From assembly GCA_902595145.1 (NCBI GenBank), contig CACJOU010000004.1:7414-71413 (forward strand): DNA of 64,000 nt, given 5' to 3'. The position numbers and the translations under genes are program-made. Positions 18,630 through 29,359 of this stretch are shown here, piece by piece (position 1 is the stretch's first letter; each line of letters starts with the position of its first letter). This stretch comes from an uncultured SAR116 cluster alpha proteobacterium (GTDB lineage Bacteria > Pseudomonadota > Alphaproteobacteria > Puniceispirillales > Marisalimonadaceae). The notes under the pieces were generated by a model. That model did not search any database and was not told where the DNA came from. It saw only the letters and a list, made by a program, of their open reading frames with translations.

Positions 18630-19399
18630 TTAAAAAATATTTCAGAATTAATTGGTTCGACAAATTCTTGTATTTTTTTGTTTGCAGAATTAAACATTTC
18701 TTTTGGTGTGCCAGTCCACGAAATTGTTTGCTTATCAATTAAGATAACCTTGTCAGCAATTCTACATACTGATGCCATATCATGAGTAATTGTAATCGCA
18801 CTTCCACCAATTGTTTTTACAGCTGTTTTAATTAACTGATCTATTAAACTTCCTGTTACAGGGTCTAATCCAGAGGTAGGTTCATCAAATAATAAAATTT
18901 TTGGATTCCCACAAATTGCTCTAGCAATAGCAACTCTTTTTTGCATCCCACCTGATATTTCAGAGGGATATAGATCTAAGATTTTAGGTTGAAGTCCTAG
19001 TTGTTTAATTATTGAAAATGCTAGTTGTTTACCTTGTTTATTATTTATTTTTTCTTTATTAGCTATTTTAAAAATTATATTTTCCCAATTTTTAAGAGAA
19101 TCAAATAAAGCACCATGTTGAAAAGTAATTCCAAGATCTAGCAAAAGTTTTTCTTTTAAATTTCTAGGTAAATTTACCATTTCCGTGTCATTAATTACAA
19201 TTGATCCTTTGTCAGGTTCTAATATGCCAATTATATTTTTTAAAAGTACAGATTTACCTGAACCAGATGCGCCAATAATTGCTAAAGATTCTCCTTCGAG
19301 TAATTGAAAATTTATATTTTTGAGAACAATATTGTTATTAAAGCTTTTTGATAAATCATTTACCTTTATTATGACCTTTTTGTTATTTCTTTTTTCCAT
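18626..19399 (-). CDS. mlaF: ABC transporter ATP-binding protein, MlaF/Ttg2A family
   Basis: GASGSGKS, SGGMQKRVAIARA, DEPTSGLDP; follows mlaE. Confidence 0.9.
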   Translation of the reverse strand: MEKRNNKKVIIKVNDLSKSFNNNIVLKNINFQLLEGESLAIIGASGSGKSVLLKNIIGILEPDKGSIVINDTEMVNLPRNLKEKLLLDLGITFQHGALFDSLKNWENIIFKIANKEKINNKQGKQLAFSIIKQLGLQPKILDLYPSEISGGMQKRVAIARAICGNPKILLFDEPTSGLDPVTGSLIDQLIKTAVKTIGGSAITITHDMASVCRIADKVILIDKQTISWTGTPKEMFNSANKKIQEFVEPINSEIFFK

Positions 19400-19402
19400 A
19401 TT

Positions 19403-20188
19403 TTAACCAAAAAATAATGCTGTTATTATATATGTGCTTGTTAAAATCATCACGGATGAAATAACTACTGATGACGTTGTTGCAAACCCAACTCCTTCAG
19501 CTCCTTTGCTTGCATAGTATCCAAAATAACAACTTACCATTGAGATTATTAAGCCAAAAATAGCAGCCTTCACAGTACCTTGTATAATGTCAATTAACTG
19601 TAAATATTCCATTGTTGCATATAGATATAGACTTGGATTAAAATTGAGTTTGTAAATAGCTATTACATAACCTCCTAAAATACCAATAATATTCCCAATT
19701 AAAACTAAAAGAGGTATACAAATTAAGCATGCAATTATTTTAGGTGCTATTAAATATTGCATAGGTCTTGTACCTAATGTTCCCAATGCATCTATCTGTT
19801 CAGTAACTCTCATTGTTGCTATTTCTGCAGCCATTTTTGCTCCGATACGACCTGCCACCATCAAACCTGTCAATACTGGTCCTAATTCTCTTGTGATTGA
19901 GGTTAAAACTATTCTTGCAACCGTAGTCTCTGAGTTAAAGTCAGTAAAGCCGTTATATGTCTGAAGAGCTAAAACCATACCCGAAAAAAAAGTGGTTAGA
20001 CCTACCACGGGTAATGAGAAGTATCCTATATCTATTATTTGTTGAAAAATTTTTTTTAAATACCAAGGTGGTTTAAATACCCAATAAATAGCACTGCCAA
20101 AAAAAATAAAAAAATGTCCAATATTTGCGACAAAATTATTAAACTTTTTGCCTGTTGTGCCAAGAATATCTAAAAAAAAATCAAGCAA
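19403..20188 (-). CDS. mlaE: MlaE family lipid ABC transporter permease
   Basis: RELGPVLTGLMVAGRIG, EQIDAL, GAEGVGFATT. Confidence 0.94.
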   Translation of the reverse strand: MLDFFLDILGTTGKKFNNFVANIGHFFIFFGSAIYWVFKPPWYLKKIFQQIIDIGYFSLPVVGLTTFFSGMVLALQTYNGFTDFNSETTVARIVLTSITRELGPVLTGLMVAGRIGAKMAAEIATMRVTEQIDALGTLGTRPMQYLIAPKIIACLICIPLLVLIGNIIGILGGYVIAIYKLNFNPSLYLYATMEYLQLIDIIQGTVKAAIFGLIISMVSCYFGYYASKGAEGVGFATTSSVVISSVMILTSTYIITALFFG

Positions 20189-20219
20189 ATTAAATCACCT
20201 TTATTTAAATTTATTATAG

Positions 20220-21302
20220 CTAATAATTTCTATGTAAACGATCACCCATTAGTGTTAATAGTTCATAGCTTATTATGTTATTATTTTTCAGTATATGTTC
20301 AATATTATAATTATCTAATAAACAAATATGATCTCCTTCTTTGAGCTTGTTTTTTTTAATATCAGTAATATCTAGAACAAAACTATCCATAGTTATATTC
20401 CCAACAATTTTACACTTTTCATTTTCAATAAAAAAAACACTATTAGGTTTTAATAATCTTAGCCAACCATCAGCATAACCTAATCCAACTGTAGCAAGTT
20501 TTGAACTTCTTTTTAAAGTATCAATTCCACCATATGAAACTTTTTCGCCAGCATTCACTTTTTTTATTTGAATAATTGGAGAATATAATTTTAAGGGTAA
20601 CTTTAATTTTTTTGAATTAAAATAAAAATTTTTACCAAAATTATCTATTCCATATAAACCAATGCCAGGTCTAGTCTGATCAAAACAAAAATTTGATCCA
20701 AGTTTTACTCCATGACTATTTGCAAGACTAACTTTAATATTTGGAAAGTTGATAGAAAATTTTTTGAGTTCATTAAGTTGAAGAAAATTAATTTTACTTT
20801 CATTTTCATTTGCATTTGAAAGATGAGACATAATGTAATCAACTCTTATATTATTTAATAAATTTTTATTATTAATTAAATAATCTCTCTCTTTCTTACT
20901 TAAACCCAATCTATTCATTCCAGTATCAATATTAATAATAGCTTTTTGTTCTGTTAATGTTGTTGAAAAATTATTTAATCTTTTCAGTTGTTCAAGATTA
21001 TTTATTACTGGGGTTAAATTATTTTCTGCATAAATTTTTTGATTGCCTTCAAAATAACCTTCAAAAATTGCAATTGATATTTTATTAGAGTTGAAATTTT
21101 TTCTTAGTTTTAATCCTTCAAAAATATTTGCTACATAAAAATAATTACATCCAGATTCTAATAATGCCCTAGTTACTTCAATCATACCCATTCCATAAGC
21201 ATTAGCTTTTACAACTGCTGCTGCTTTTCCGTTAGAGGCGGTGTTTATTAATTTCCAGTTATATTGAATATCATCAAGAGAAATTTTTAGAATAGATTTC
21301 AT
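20220..21302 (-). CDS. alr: Alanine racemase
   Basis: AVVKANAYGMG PLP lysine, DTGMNRLG, RPGIGLYG, GYADG. Confidence 0.96.
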   Translation of the reverse strand: MKSILKISLDDIQYNWKLINTASNGKAAAVVKANAYGMGMIEVTRALLESGCNYFYVANIFEGLKLRKNFNSNKISIAIFEGYFEGNQKIYAENNLTPVINNLEQLKRLNNFSTTLTEQKAIINIDTGMNRLGLSKKERDYLINNKNLLNNIRVDYIMSHLSNANENESKINFLQLNELKKFSINFPNIKVSLANSHGVKLGSNFCFDQTRPGIGLYGIDNFGKNFYFNSKKLKLPLKLYSPIIQIKKVNAGEKVSYGGIDTLKRSSKLATVGLGYADGWLRLLKPNSVFFIENEKCKIVGNITMDSFVLDITDIKKNKLKEGDHICLLDNYNIEHILKNNNIISYELLTLMGDRLHRNY

Positions 21303-21334
21303 AAAAAAATAATAAACAAATTTAAATAATTTTA

Positions 21335-22849
21335 CTAATAGATTTGGTCTGGTAAACGTTCATTTTGGACTAAGTCCATAAACCTTGTAAGTTTAGCCTC
21401 AAACTGTACCTGGATTACACCTGTTGGTCCATGGCGCTGTTTAGAAATAATAATTTCTGCCTTTCCCTCCGCAGCGCTTCTTCTATCCTGCCATTTTATA
21501 AATCGTTCATTAAAACTTTCTTGATTTTCATTCTCTCTTTGACTTGGTTCACTCTTGTCAAGATAGTATTCTTCTCTATAAACAAACATAACTACATCAG
21601 CATCTTGTTCTATAGACCCTGACTCTCTTAAATCTGCTAGTATAGGCCTTTTGTCTTCTCTTTGTTCAACAGCCCTACTTAATTGGGATAAAGCTAGTAT
21701 AGGAACATTTAATTCTTTTGCTAATGATTTTAAGCCTCTAGTAATACTAGATATTTCTTGAACTCTACCTTGACTTTCACTTGCTTTTGATCCTTGGATT
21801 AATTGAATATAATCAATTATAATCAAGTCCAATCCATTTGTTCTCTTTAATCTTCTTGCTCTCGAAGCAATTTGACTAACAGAAATTGCAGGAGTGTCGT
21901 CAATGAAAAAAGGTAGGCTATGTATATTATTTTGAGTAACAACAAGTTTTGAAAACTCATCATCATTAATATCACCACTTCTTAATCTGTGAGAGTCTAT
22001 AGTAGACTGCTCTGCAAGTATTCGTTGAGCTAATTGTTCAGCTGACATTTCTAGAGAGAATATCAATATTGCTTCATTTTTATCTGATGTACTACTTTTA
22101 GCTGCATTAAAACCAATATTGGTAGCCAAAGCTGTCTTTCCCATTGCAGGTCTTCCAGCTAAAACTATAAGGTCTGATTTATTCAGACCTCCCAAATGAC
22201 GATTTATTCCAGAAAATCCAGTATCAATTCCAGATAATTTACCTTTTCTATTGTAAGCTGAATTAATTTGTTTAGTTGTACTAGCTAGAACTGTTTTAAA
22301 ATCGGATGGTCCCGAATTAATTTGATCTTTTTCTGCTAGATTATATAATTTCTCTTCTGTATTCGATATCTCTTGATCAGGAGTGGTGTCAATATTTGGA
22401 TGGTTTGCCTTGTGAATTAACTCATCAGCTATAACTATTAAACATCTTCTGACATAACAATTACGTATTTCTTCGGCATAAAATCTAGCTTTGCTTAGAG
22501 ATAAAACACCATCTCTTAGGTCTATAAGATATTGTTCAATATCTATATCTAGATTGTGTTTATTATCACTAAGATAGTTTTTTAATGTTAGGGGATCCGC
22601 TAAGCGTCCATTATCTATTAATGAAATACTGGCATTATAAATATTGGAATGCAGAGGATCAAAAAAATAATTAGAACTAAAATTCGTAGGTATATCTTCT
22701 AAAATCTTATTATCAATTAGTATTGACCCTATAAGACTTTGTTCAGCCTCCAGGTTTTGAGGCATTATATTTTTATTTTTTGTTGTTTCATTAGAATTAA
22801 CGTAGTCATCGACTAAACTATCATCCATAATCTTATCTCCTGAAGGCAA
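21335..22849 (-). CDS. dnaB: Replicative DNA helicase
   Basis: AEQSLIG, AGRPAMGKT, LSQLSRAVE, DLRESGSIEQDAD; no intein seen. Confidence 0.98.
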   Translation of the reverse strand: MPSGDKIMDDSLVDDYVNSNETTKNKNIMPQNLEAEQSLIGSILIDNKILEDIPTNFSSNYFFDPLHSNIYNASISLIDNGRLADPLTLKNYLSDNKHNLDIDIEQYLIDLRDGVLSLSKARFYAEEIRNCYVRRCLIVIADELIHKANHPNIDTTPDQEISNTEEKLYNLAEKDQINSGPSDFKTVLASTTKQINSAYNRKGKLSGIDTGFSGINRHLGGLNKSDLIVLAGRPAMGKTALATNIGFNAAKSSTSDKNEAILIFSLEMSAEQLAQRILAEQSTIDSHRLRSGDINDDEFSKLVVTQNNIHSLPFFIDDTPAISVSQIASRARRLKRTNGLDLIIIDYIQLIQGSKASESQGRVQEISSITRGLKSLAKELNVPILALSQLSRAVEQREDKRPILADLRESGSIEQDADVVMFVYREEYYLDKSEPSQRENENQESFNERFIKWQDRRSAAEGKAEIIISKQRHGPTGVIQVQFEAKLTRFMDLVQNERLPDQIY

Positions 22850-22896
22850 TGGAGATTAATTTTTATTAATCTATCAATAAAAAACAAGATTATAAT

Positions 22897-23595
22897 TTAT
22901 TCTTCTTCTTTATCTTCTTTATCTTCTTTTTCTGTATTTTTTTTATTTTTATCTTTACTGTCTAGTTTCTTTAAAGTTTCATTATTATATGTTTCTACAA
23001 CTTCCTTTGGGGGTTTATCAATTTTTATATCATTGTTTTTCTTTTCAAAACGTTTTGCATCTTTTTGTGCCCTTTCTGATCTTATATCTCCCCCAGTGAA
23101 TTCTGTCGTAATAATAGCCTTACCAGATTTTGATTGTTCTTTTGCTTCCTCAGTTGATCTAGCTATATTTAATTTTAATTTTACATATACTTCTGGATGA
23201 AGTTTTATTGAAACATCTTCAAATGATAAGGTTTTAAGTGTTTTATTTAAAACAATTTGTGACTTATTGATTGATAAACCTAAATTTGTTACTTCTTGAG
23301 CAATATCTTTAGCTGAAACAGAACCATATAATTGACCAGATTCACTTGCAGCTCTTATTATAATTATTTCTTTAAAATTTAAGTTGTTCGCTAAATTTTG
23401 AGCCTCTTTTTTTCTTTCAATATTTTCACCTTCCAGTTGTGATTTCTTATCTTCAAACATTTTAATGTTTTCTTTAGAGGCAAATACTGCTTTACCTTGT
23501 GGTAATAAGAAGTTTCTTGCATATCCAGACTTAACTGTTACCAAATCACCTATTTGGCCTAATTTTTCAATACGTTCTAATAATATAATATTCAT
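22897..23595 (-). CDS. rplI: 50S ribosomal protein L9 (long charged C-terminal tail)
   Basis: VKSGYARNFLLPQGKA, GQLYGSV, LHPEV. Confidence 0.97.
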   Translation of the reverse strand: MNIILLERIEKLGQIGDLVTVKSGYARNFLLPQGKAVFASKENIKMFEDKKSQLEGENIERKKEAQNLANNLNFKEIIIIRAASESGQLYGSVSAKDIAQEVTNLGLSINKSQIVLNKTLKTLSFEDVSIKLHPEVYVKLKLNIARSTEEAKEQSKSGKAIITTEFTGGDIRSERAQKDAKRFEKKNNDIKIDKPPKEVVETYNNETLKKLDSKDKNKKNTEKEDKEDKEEE

Positions 23596-23609
23596 TTGCT
23601 TCTCCGATT

Positions 23610-23864
23610 TTAACCAACAACATAGGGCATTAACGCTAAAAACCTTGCTCTTTTAATGGCTTTAGAGAGTTCTCTTTGTCTTTTGGCTGAAACAGCAGAA
23701 ATTCTAGATGGTATAATTTTACCTCTTTCAGAAACGTATCTTGTCAATACCTTTAGGTCTTTATAGTTAATTTCAGGAGTATTAGGAGCTGCAAATGGAC
23801 AAGATTTTCTTCTTTTTTGATTTGGCTTTCTTAGTGCCTCTCTTGTTATGTTCAATTGTGTCAT
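23610..23864 (-). CDS. rpsR: 30S ribosomal protein S18
   Basis: [24 protein letters not shown]. Confidence 0.98.
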   Translation of the reverse strand: MTQLNITREALRKPNQKRRKSCPFAAPNTPEINYKDLKVLTRYVSERGKIIPSRISAVSAKRQRELSKAIKRARFLALMPYVVG

Positions 23865-23879
23865 ATTATTATTCCTTAA

Positions 23880-24266
23880 TTATTCATTATCAAATGCTGA
23901 AAAGTTTTCATTTTTTGGTGTTTCATTTTTGGTTCTATCAGAATTATTTACCATTAATGGCGAAGGTTTTTCATCAATAGATTTGATTTTAATTGTAAGA
24001 AATCTGATTACATCTTCGTCTAATCTCATAAGGCGTTCATATTCCTTTATAGCTTCTGGAGGGCCATCAATATTTAAAAGCATGTAATGGCCTTTTCTGT
24101 TTTTATTGATTTTATAAGCGAGGTTTCTAATGCCCCAATTCTCTCTTTTTATTATTTCGCCTTTAAAAGATTGAATAACTTCTATAAATTTTTTTAATAA
24201 TGTTTCAAATTGACCAGGTGTTAGATCTTGTCGTCCAATAATTACACTTTCGTATAATGCCATCAT
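23880..24266 (-). CDS. rpsF: 30S ribosomal protein S6
   Basis: LYESVII, WGIRNLAYKINKNRKGHY. Confidence 0.98.
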   Translation of the reverse strand: MMALYESVIIGRQDLTPGQFETLLKKFIEVIQSFKGEIIKRENWGIRNLAYKINKNRKGHYMLLNIDGPPEAIKEYERLMRLDEDVIRFLTIKIKSIDEKPSPLMVNNSDRTKNETPKNENFSAFDNE

Positions 24267-24269
24267 TTT

Positions 24270-24332
24270 CTCCTTCTGGCTTTTTGGGTGGTAATACCCA
24301 GGTTATCCAACAAGAAACTTGCTGGAAAGGAG
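24270..24332 (-). promoter_or_regulatory. Structured rpsF leader, S6:S18-type autoregulatory RNA
   Basis: On the minus strand CUCCUU can pair with the SD AAGGAG, enclosing hairpins CCAGCAA/UUGUUGG and UGGGU/ACCCA, with an unpaired CCA just 5' of the SD. Confidence 0.6.
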
Positions 24333-24447
24333 GACATAAATAATAATAATATTTATGCTGGTATTTTGTTCATTTGTGGAACATAAATGTTTATAAAAAT
24401 TATGCAATAAATAATTACAAATTTTTAATAATTAACGAGGAATTAAT

Positions 24448-25377
24448 ATGAACTTTATCGTTTTCCCTGGACAAGGTTCTCAAAAAATTGGGATGGGTAA
24501 AAAGCTATCGGAAAATTTTCCTGAAGCAAAAGAAGTTTTTGATGAGGTTAATGATGCTTTGAACTTAAATTTAACTAAAATTATGTGGGAAGGTTCAGAT
24601 AGTGAAATTTCATTAACTACTAATGCACAACCTGCACTTATGGCATGTGGAGTGGCTACATTTAGAGTTTTAAGTAAATTAGGAAATAAAAATATAAAAC
24701 AGTTAGCAGATTTTACATGTGGACACTCATTAGGTGAATATACAGCTATGACAGTTGCAAAAGTTTTTTCGCTTAAAGAATGTGCAATTTTACTTAGATT
24801 AAGAGGTGAATCTATGCAAAAAGCAGTCCCTGTTGGAAAGGGAGCTATGGCAGCTTTGATTGGAATTAGTATTAATCAAACAATTGAAATTATTGAAAAA
24901 GCTCAAATTCACGGAAATTGTGATATTGGAAATGATAATGCTGATGGTCAAGTAGTAATAAGTGGAGATATAAAAGCAGTTGAAAATGCAATTGAAATTG
25001 CCAAAAATAATGGTGCTAAAAGAGCAATCTTACTTCCAGTTAGTGCTCCTTTTCATTGTAGATTAATGGAGCCTGCTCGTGTGATTATGGAAGAAGCTTT
25101 GAATGACTTAAAATTTAATGTGCCTCTAATTCCTATAGTGTCTAATATTACAGCATTAGCTCATACAGATCCTACAATATTAAGAAAAAACTTAATTGAT
25201 CAAGTTACTGGTACTGTAAAATGGCGAGAGACTATGGAGTTTGCAAAAAATCAAGGTGTTAAAAAAATAATTGAGTTAGGAAGTGGAAAAGTTCTTACAG
25301 GAATTGCAAAAAGAATGTTAAAAGATATTTCAAGTGAAAGTTATGAAAATCCAGAAGATTTTGATGCTTTTTTATAA
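24448..25377 (+). CDS. fabD: Malonyl-CoA:ACP transacylase
   Basis: FPGQGSQ, GHSLGEY, VSAPFHC. Confidence 0.97.
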   Translation: MNFIVFPGQGSQKIGMGKKLSENFPEAKEVFDEVNDALNLNLTKIMWEGSDSEISLTTNAQPALMACGVATFRVLSKLGNKNIKQLADFTCGHSLGEYTAMTVAKVFSLKECAILLRLRGESMQKAVPVGKGAMAALIGISINQTIEIIEKAQIHGNCDIGNDNADGQVVISGDIKAVENAIEIAKNNGAKRAILLPVSAPFHCRLMEPARVIMEEALNDLKFNVPLIPIVSNITALAHTDPTILRKNLIDQVTGTVKWRETMEFAKNQGVKKIIELGSGKVLTGIAKRMLKDISSESYENPEDFDAFL

Positions 25378-25396
25378 ATTTTGATGGAGAAGAGAT

Positions 25397-26134
25397 GTGT
25401 TTGATTTAACAGGTAAGGTTGTTTTATTGACTGGAGCCACAGGAGGTATTGGAAAATCTATAGCAAAAAAAATGAAAGAAAAAGGTGCTAAACTTATCCT
25501 TTCAGGAACAAGACAAAACATTCTTAATGAACTTTCTTCTGAGTTAGGTGGTGATACTAAAGCTATAGCTACAGACTTAACTTCTAAAGAAAGTATTTTA
25601 TCTTTGGCAACAGAGGCTGAAAGTTCTTTTGGTCATATAGATATTCTTATTAACAATGCTGGCATTACATCAGATAATCTTTTTTTAAGGATGAAAGATG
25701 AAGAATGGGAAAATGTTATAAATGTTAACCTTTCTGCTAGTATGAGGCTTACAAGGCAAGTTATAAAAGGTATGATAAAAAGAAAATCTGGAAGAATTAT
25801 TTTTATTAGTTCAATAGTAGGATTTACTGGTAATCCAGGTCAAGCTAACTATTCAGCTTCTAAATCAGCTTTATCAGGTCTTACAAAATCTATAGCTTTA
25901 GAGGTGGCTGCACGAGGAATAACTTGTAATCTTATCGCTCCAGGATTTATATCAACACCAATGACAGACAAACTATCAGATGAACAAAAAAATAAAATAA
26001 TTATTAAAATTCCTGCTAATAGGCTGGGAAATTCAGAAGATATTTCAAATGGTTGCATTTATTTAGCTAGTGATGAGGCAAGTTTTATAACTGGAACTAC
26101 ATTACACATAAACGGTGGAATGAGCATGATATAA
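25397..26134 (+). CDS. fabG: 3-oxoacyl-ACP reductase
   Basis: TGATGGIG, NNAGIT, GNPGQANYSASK; fab operon context. Confidence 0.96.
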   Translation: MFDLTGKVVLLTGATGGIGKSIAKKMKEKGAKLILSGTRQNILNELSSELGGDTKAIATDLTSKESILSLATEAESSFGHIDILINNAGITSDNLFLRMKDEEWENVINVNLSASMRLTRQVIKGMIKRKSGRIIFISSIVGFTGNPGQANYSASKSALSGLTKSIALEVAARGITCNLIAPGFISTPMTDKLSDEQKNKIIIKIPANRLGNSEDISNGCIYLASDEASFITGTTLHINGGMSMI

Positions 26135-26231
26135 TTTTTTGTTTATCAGTTAATTATATACTTGGCATTAATACATATTTGTGTTACTCGATTTCAGAAA
26201 AAGATTATTATACTTAATTAAGGGGATTTTA

Positions 26232-26465
26232 ATGAGTGATATAGCCGGTAGAGTTACAAAGATTGTAGTTGAACATCTTGGTGTTGATGAATCAAAGGTA
26301 GTTGAAAGTGCAAGTTTTATAGATGATCTGGGTGCTGACAGTCTAGACACTGTTGAATTAGTTATGGCTTTTGAAGAAGAGTTTGAATGTGAAATTCCTG
26401 ATGATGCGGCAGAAAAAATTCAAACTGTTAAAGATGCAATAGACTTTATAGGTTCAAATAGCTAA
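26232..26465 (+). CDS. acpP: Acyl carrier protein
   Basis: [20 protein letters not shown]; start moved to ATG 26232 after AGGGGA. Confidence 0.98.
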   Translation: MSDIAGRVTKIVVEHLGVDESKVVESASFIDDLGADSLDTVELVMAFEEEFECEIPDDAAEKIQTVKDAIDFIGSNS

Positions 26466-26508
26466 CCTACCAAATATAGTTTGCTCGAGTTATAATTAGG
26501 AGTCTTTT

Positions 26509-27777
26509 ATGCGTCGAGTTGTTGTTACCGGATTAGGATTATTAACACCTTTAGGTTTAGGAACAAATACTAATTGGAGAAGACTTTTATCTGGCTTTGT
26601 TGGTATTAATAAAATTGATAATTTTGACGTTTCAGACTTACCATGTAAAATTGCAGGACAAATACCAAGAAAGAGCGATGATCCTGAAGGTGGCTTAAGT
26701 ATTGATGATTGGATAGAACCAAGAGAATATAAAAGAATTGATAGGTTTATAGCTTACGGTCTTATTACAGCTACTCAAGCCGTTGAGGATTCAGGTTGGG
26801 TTCCAAATAATGAAAATCAAAAGAATAGAACTGGTGTAATACTTGGTTCTGGCATTGGAGGTCTTGAAACTATCTCTAACACAACTGAGCTTTTAAATTC
26901 GAAAGGACCAAGGAGAGTTAGTCCTTTTTTTATACCATCTGCACTTATAAATTTATTATCAGGTCAAGTTAGTATTAAATATGGTTTTAAAGGTCCAAAC
27001 CATTCTGTAGTTACTGCTTGTTCAACTGGAGCTCATGCTATTGGTGATGCATCAAGAATTATCCGTTATGGTAACGCAGATGTAATGATTGCAGGTGGAG
27101 CTGAAGCAGCTTGCTGTAGAATTGGCATGGCAGGTTTTGCTGCCGCAAGAGCATTAAGCACTAACTTTAATGATAATCCTAAACATAGTTCAAGACCTTG
27201 GGATGAAGATAGAGATGGCTTTGTAATGGGAGAAGGTGCTGGGGTACTTGTTCTTGAAGAAAAAGAACATGCTCTTGCAAGAGGTGCAAAAATATATGCA
27301 GAAATAAAAGGTTATGGTTTGTCTGGTGATGCTCACCATATAACAGCTCCAGCTGAAAATGGAGATGGTGGTTTTAGAGCGATGTTATCAGCAATTAAAG
27401 ACGCAGGCATAAGTGCCACGGACCTTGATTACATCAATGCACATGGTACGTCTACGCCTCTAGGTGACATAATTGAATTGAGGGCTATTGGTAGACTTCT
27501 TGGACAAAAAATAGAAAATACCAGTATTAGTTCAACTAAATCTGCAACAGGGCATCTATTAGGTGCAGCTGGTGCTATTGAAGCTATTTACTCAATATTA
27601 TCAATTGTAAATCAAACTGCTCCTCCTACAAATAACCTAGTTAACCCAGACAAAGATTCATTAGGTTTTGATTTGGTGCCGATTAAACCAAAAAAAAGAA
27701 AAATAAAAAATGTACTCTCAAATTCTTTTGGTTTTGGAGGTACAAATGCAAGTTTAGTGATAGGTAACTCAGATTGA
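26509..27777 (+). CDS. fabF: 3-oxoacyl-ACP synthase II
   Basis: VTACSTGAH, NAHGTST, KSATGHLLGAAG, SNSFGFGG. Confidence 0.97.
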   Translation: MRRVVVTGLGLLTPLGLGTNTNWRRLLSGFVGINKIDNFDVSDLPCKIAGQIPRKSDDPEGGLSIDDWIEPREYKRIDRFIAYGLITATQAVEDSGWVPNNENQKNRTGVILGSGIGGLETISNTTELLNSKGPRRVSPFFIPSALINLLSGQVSIKYGFKGPNHSVVTACSTGAHAIGDASRIIRYGNADVMIAGGAEAACCRIGMAGFAAARALSTNFNDNPKHSSRPWDEDRDGFVMGEGAGVLVLEEKEHALARGAKIYAEIKGYGLSGDAHHITAPAENGDGGFRAMLSAIKDAGISATDLDYINAHGTSTPLGDIIELRAIGRLLGQKIENTSISSTKSATGHLLGAAGAIEAIYSILSIVNQTAPPTNNLVNPDKDSLGFDLVPIKPKKRKIKNVLSNSFGFGGTNASLVIGNSD

Positions 27778-28733
27778 GTTTGAAAAAAAAGTTTGTACTG
27801 TTATTTGTATTGTTTTTTTCACTTTTGGCTTCAATCTACATATATCTTGATTTAATAATGAACAAAGTCGTCGTCTTTGAAGATACTTATTATTTATTGA
27901 ATAAAAACACAACCCAAAAACAAATAATATCTGAGCTTAGAACAAAAAATATAAATATTTCTTACATAAACTGGAAATTGGTATCGTTGTCCCAAAAAAC
28001 ACCGTTTATTCCTAAGGCGGGAGAATATTTAATTCCTAAAAATCTTACGCTTTATCAAATACAAAAAATCTTACAAATAGGTAAAACAATAACTAGAAAC
28101 TTTACATTAATCGAAGGATCTACAGCTATTGATTTAAAAAACAATTTACTAAAAAACCAATATTTGACTGGAGAAATTAAAGAGTTAGAAGAAGGTATTT
28201 ACAAACCAGACACATATTTTTTTAAATTAGGTTATCCAAGAAGCAAACTTTTAAATCAAATGAAAATAGCTCAACAAAAATTATTAAATTCTGTTTGGAA
28301 AGAAAAGCCAAAAGATTTTGTGTTAAAAAATAAAAATGAATTATTAATACTTGCTTCAATAATCCAGAAGGAGTCTGGCCATATTGACGATAGTAAATTA
28401 GTTGCAAGTGTTTTTATCAATAGACTTAATAATAGAATGAAACTTCAATCAGACGTAACACTTGCATATGGTTTAAAAGTTAACGGAAAAAACATTACAA
28501 GAAAAATGTTAAAATCAACTAATCCATACAACACATATAAATTTCATGGCTTACCTCCAACACCAATTTCTTACCCGGGAGAAAATGCATTAAATGCATT
28601 AAAATTCTTAAAAAAAACTGATTATATTTATTTTGTAAGCGATGGGAATGGAAGACATAGATTTTCTAAAACATATAGTTTACATAAGAAAAATATTAAG
28701 TTATGGAAATATAGTATCAGTAAGGATAAATAA
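27774..28733 (+). CDS. mltG: Endolytic transglycosylase MltG (YceG)
   Basis: N-terminal TM, LASIIQKE, KLQSD, NPYNTY..GLPPTPI. Confidence 0.93.
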   Translation: MSLKKKFVLLFVLFFSLLASIYIYLDLIMNKVVVFEDTYYLLNKNTTQKQIISELRTKNINISYINWKLVSLSQKTPFIPKAGEYLIPKNLTLYQIQKILQIGKTITRNFTLIEGSTAIDLKNNLLKNQYLTGEIKELEEGIYKPDTYFFKLGYPRSKLLNQMKIAQQKLLNSVWKEKPKDFVLKNKNELLILASIIQKESGHIDDSKLVASVFINRLNNRMKLQSDVTLAYGLKVNGKNITRKMLKSTNPYNTYKFHGLPPTPISYPGENALNALKFLKKTDYIYFVSDGNGRHRFSKTYSLHKKNIKLWKYSISKDK

Positions 28734-29356
28734 TGTCTAATATTGTTAACAAAGGCTTATTACTTATCATTTCATCACCCTCTGGTGCAGGTAAAACAAC
28801 TATATGTAGAAAGTTAATCGATGAAGTTAATGATATTGATTTATCAATTTCGGTAACTACACGAAAAAAAAGAAAAGATGAAATTGAGGGTAAACACTAT
28901 TTTTTTAAAAATGAAGATGAGTTCAGAATATTATTAAAAAAAAATCAATTCCTAGAGTATGCTAATGTTTTTGGTTGTCTATATGGAACATTAAAAAAAG
29001 AGGTTGTCTCAAAAATTAATAAAGGTATTGATGTTATTGTAGATATTGATTGGCAAGGAACAAGACAAATTGCAAAACAATTGCCAAAAGATGTTGTAAA
29101 AGTTTTTATTTTACCTCCATCAATGAAAGAACTAGAAAATAGGCTTGGCAAAAGAGCGAGTGAAAATAAAGAAAATTTTAAAAAAAGAATGTCTGAGGCA
29201 AAAAAAGAAATAAGTCACTATTCAGAATATGATTTTGTTATAGTAAATAATGATCTTCAGCTAGCTGTAGATCAAATTAAGCTAATTTTATTCTCAGAAA
29301 GATTGAGAAGATATAGACAGTTAAATTTAAATAAAACGATAGAAAAACTAATTTAA
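28733..29356 (+). CDS. gmk: Guanylate kinase
   Basis: SSPSGAGKTT, SVTTR, DIDWQG. Confidence 0.97.
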   Translation: MSNIVNKGLLLIISSPSGAGKTTICRKLIDEVNDIDLSISVTTRKKRKDEIEGKHYFFKNEDEFRILLKKNQFLEYANVFGCLYGTLKKEVVSKINKGIDVIVDIDWQGTRQIAKQLPKDVVKVFILPPSMKELENRLGKRASENKENFKKRMSEAKKEISHYSEYDFVIVNNDLQLAVDQIKLILFSERLRRYRQLNLNKTIEKLI

Positions 29357-29359
29357 TTT

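Noticed and set aside
18626-20188. mlaE-mlaF without mlaD/mlaC
   Set aside because: The alr-mlaE-mlaF-radA arrangement with mlaD elsewhere is common in Alphaproteobacteria.
22897-23150. Long charged C-terminal tail on ribosomal protein L9
   Set aside because: Charged low-complexity L9 extensions are usual in Alphaproteobacteria; this one is only somewhat long.
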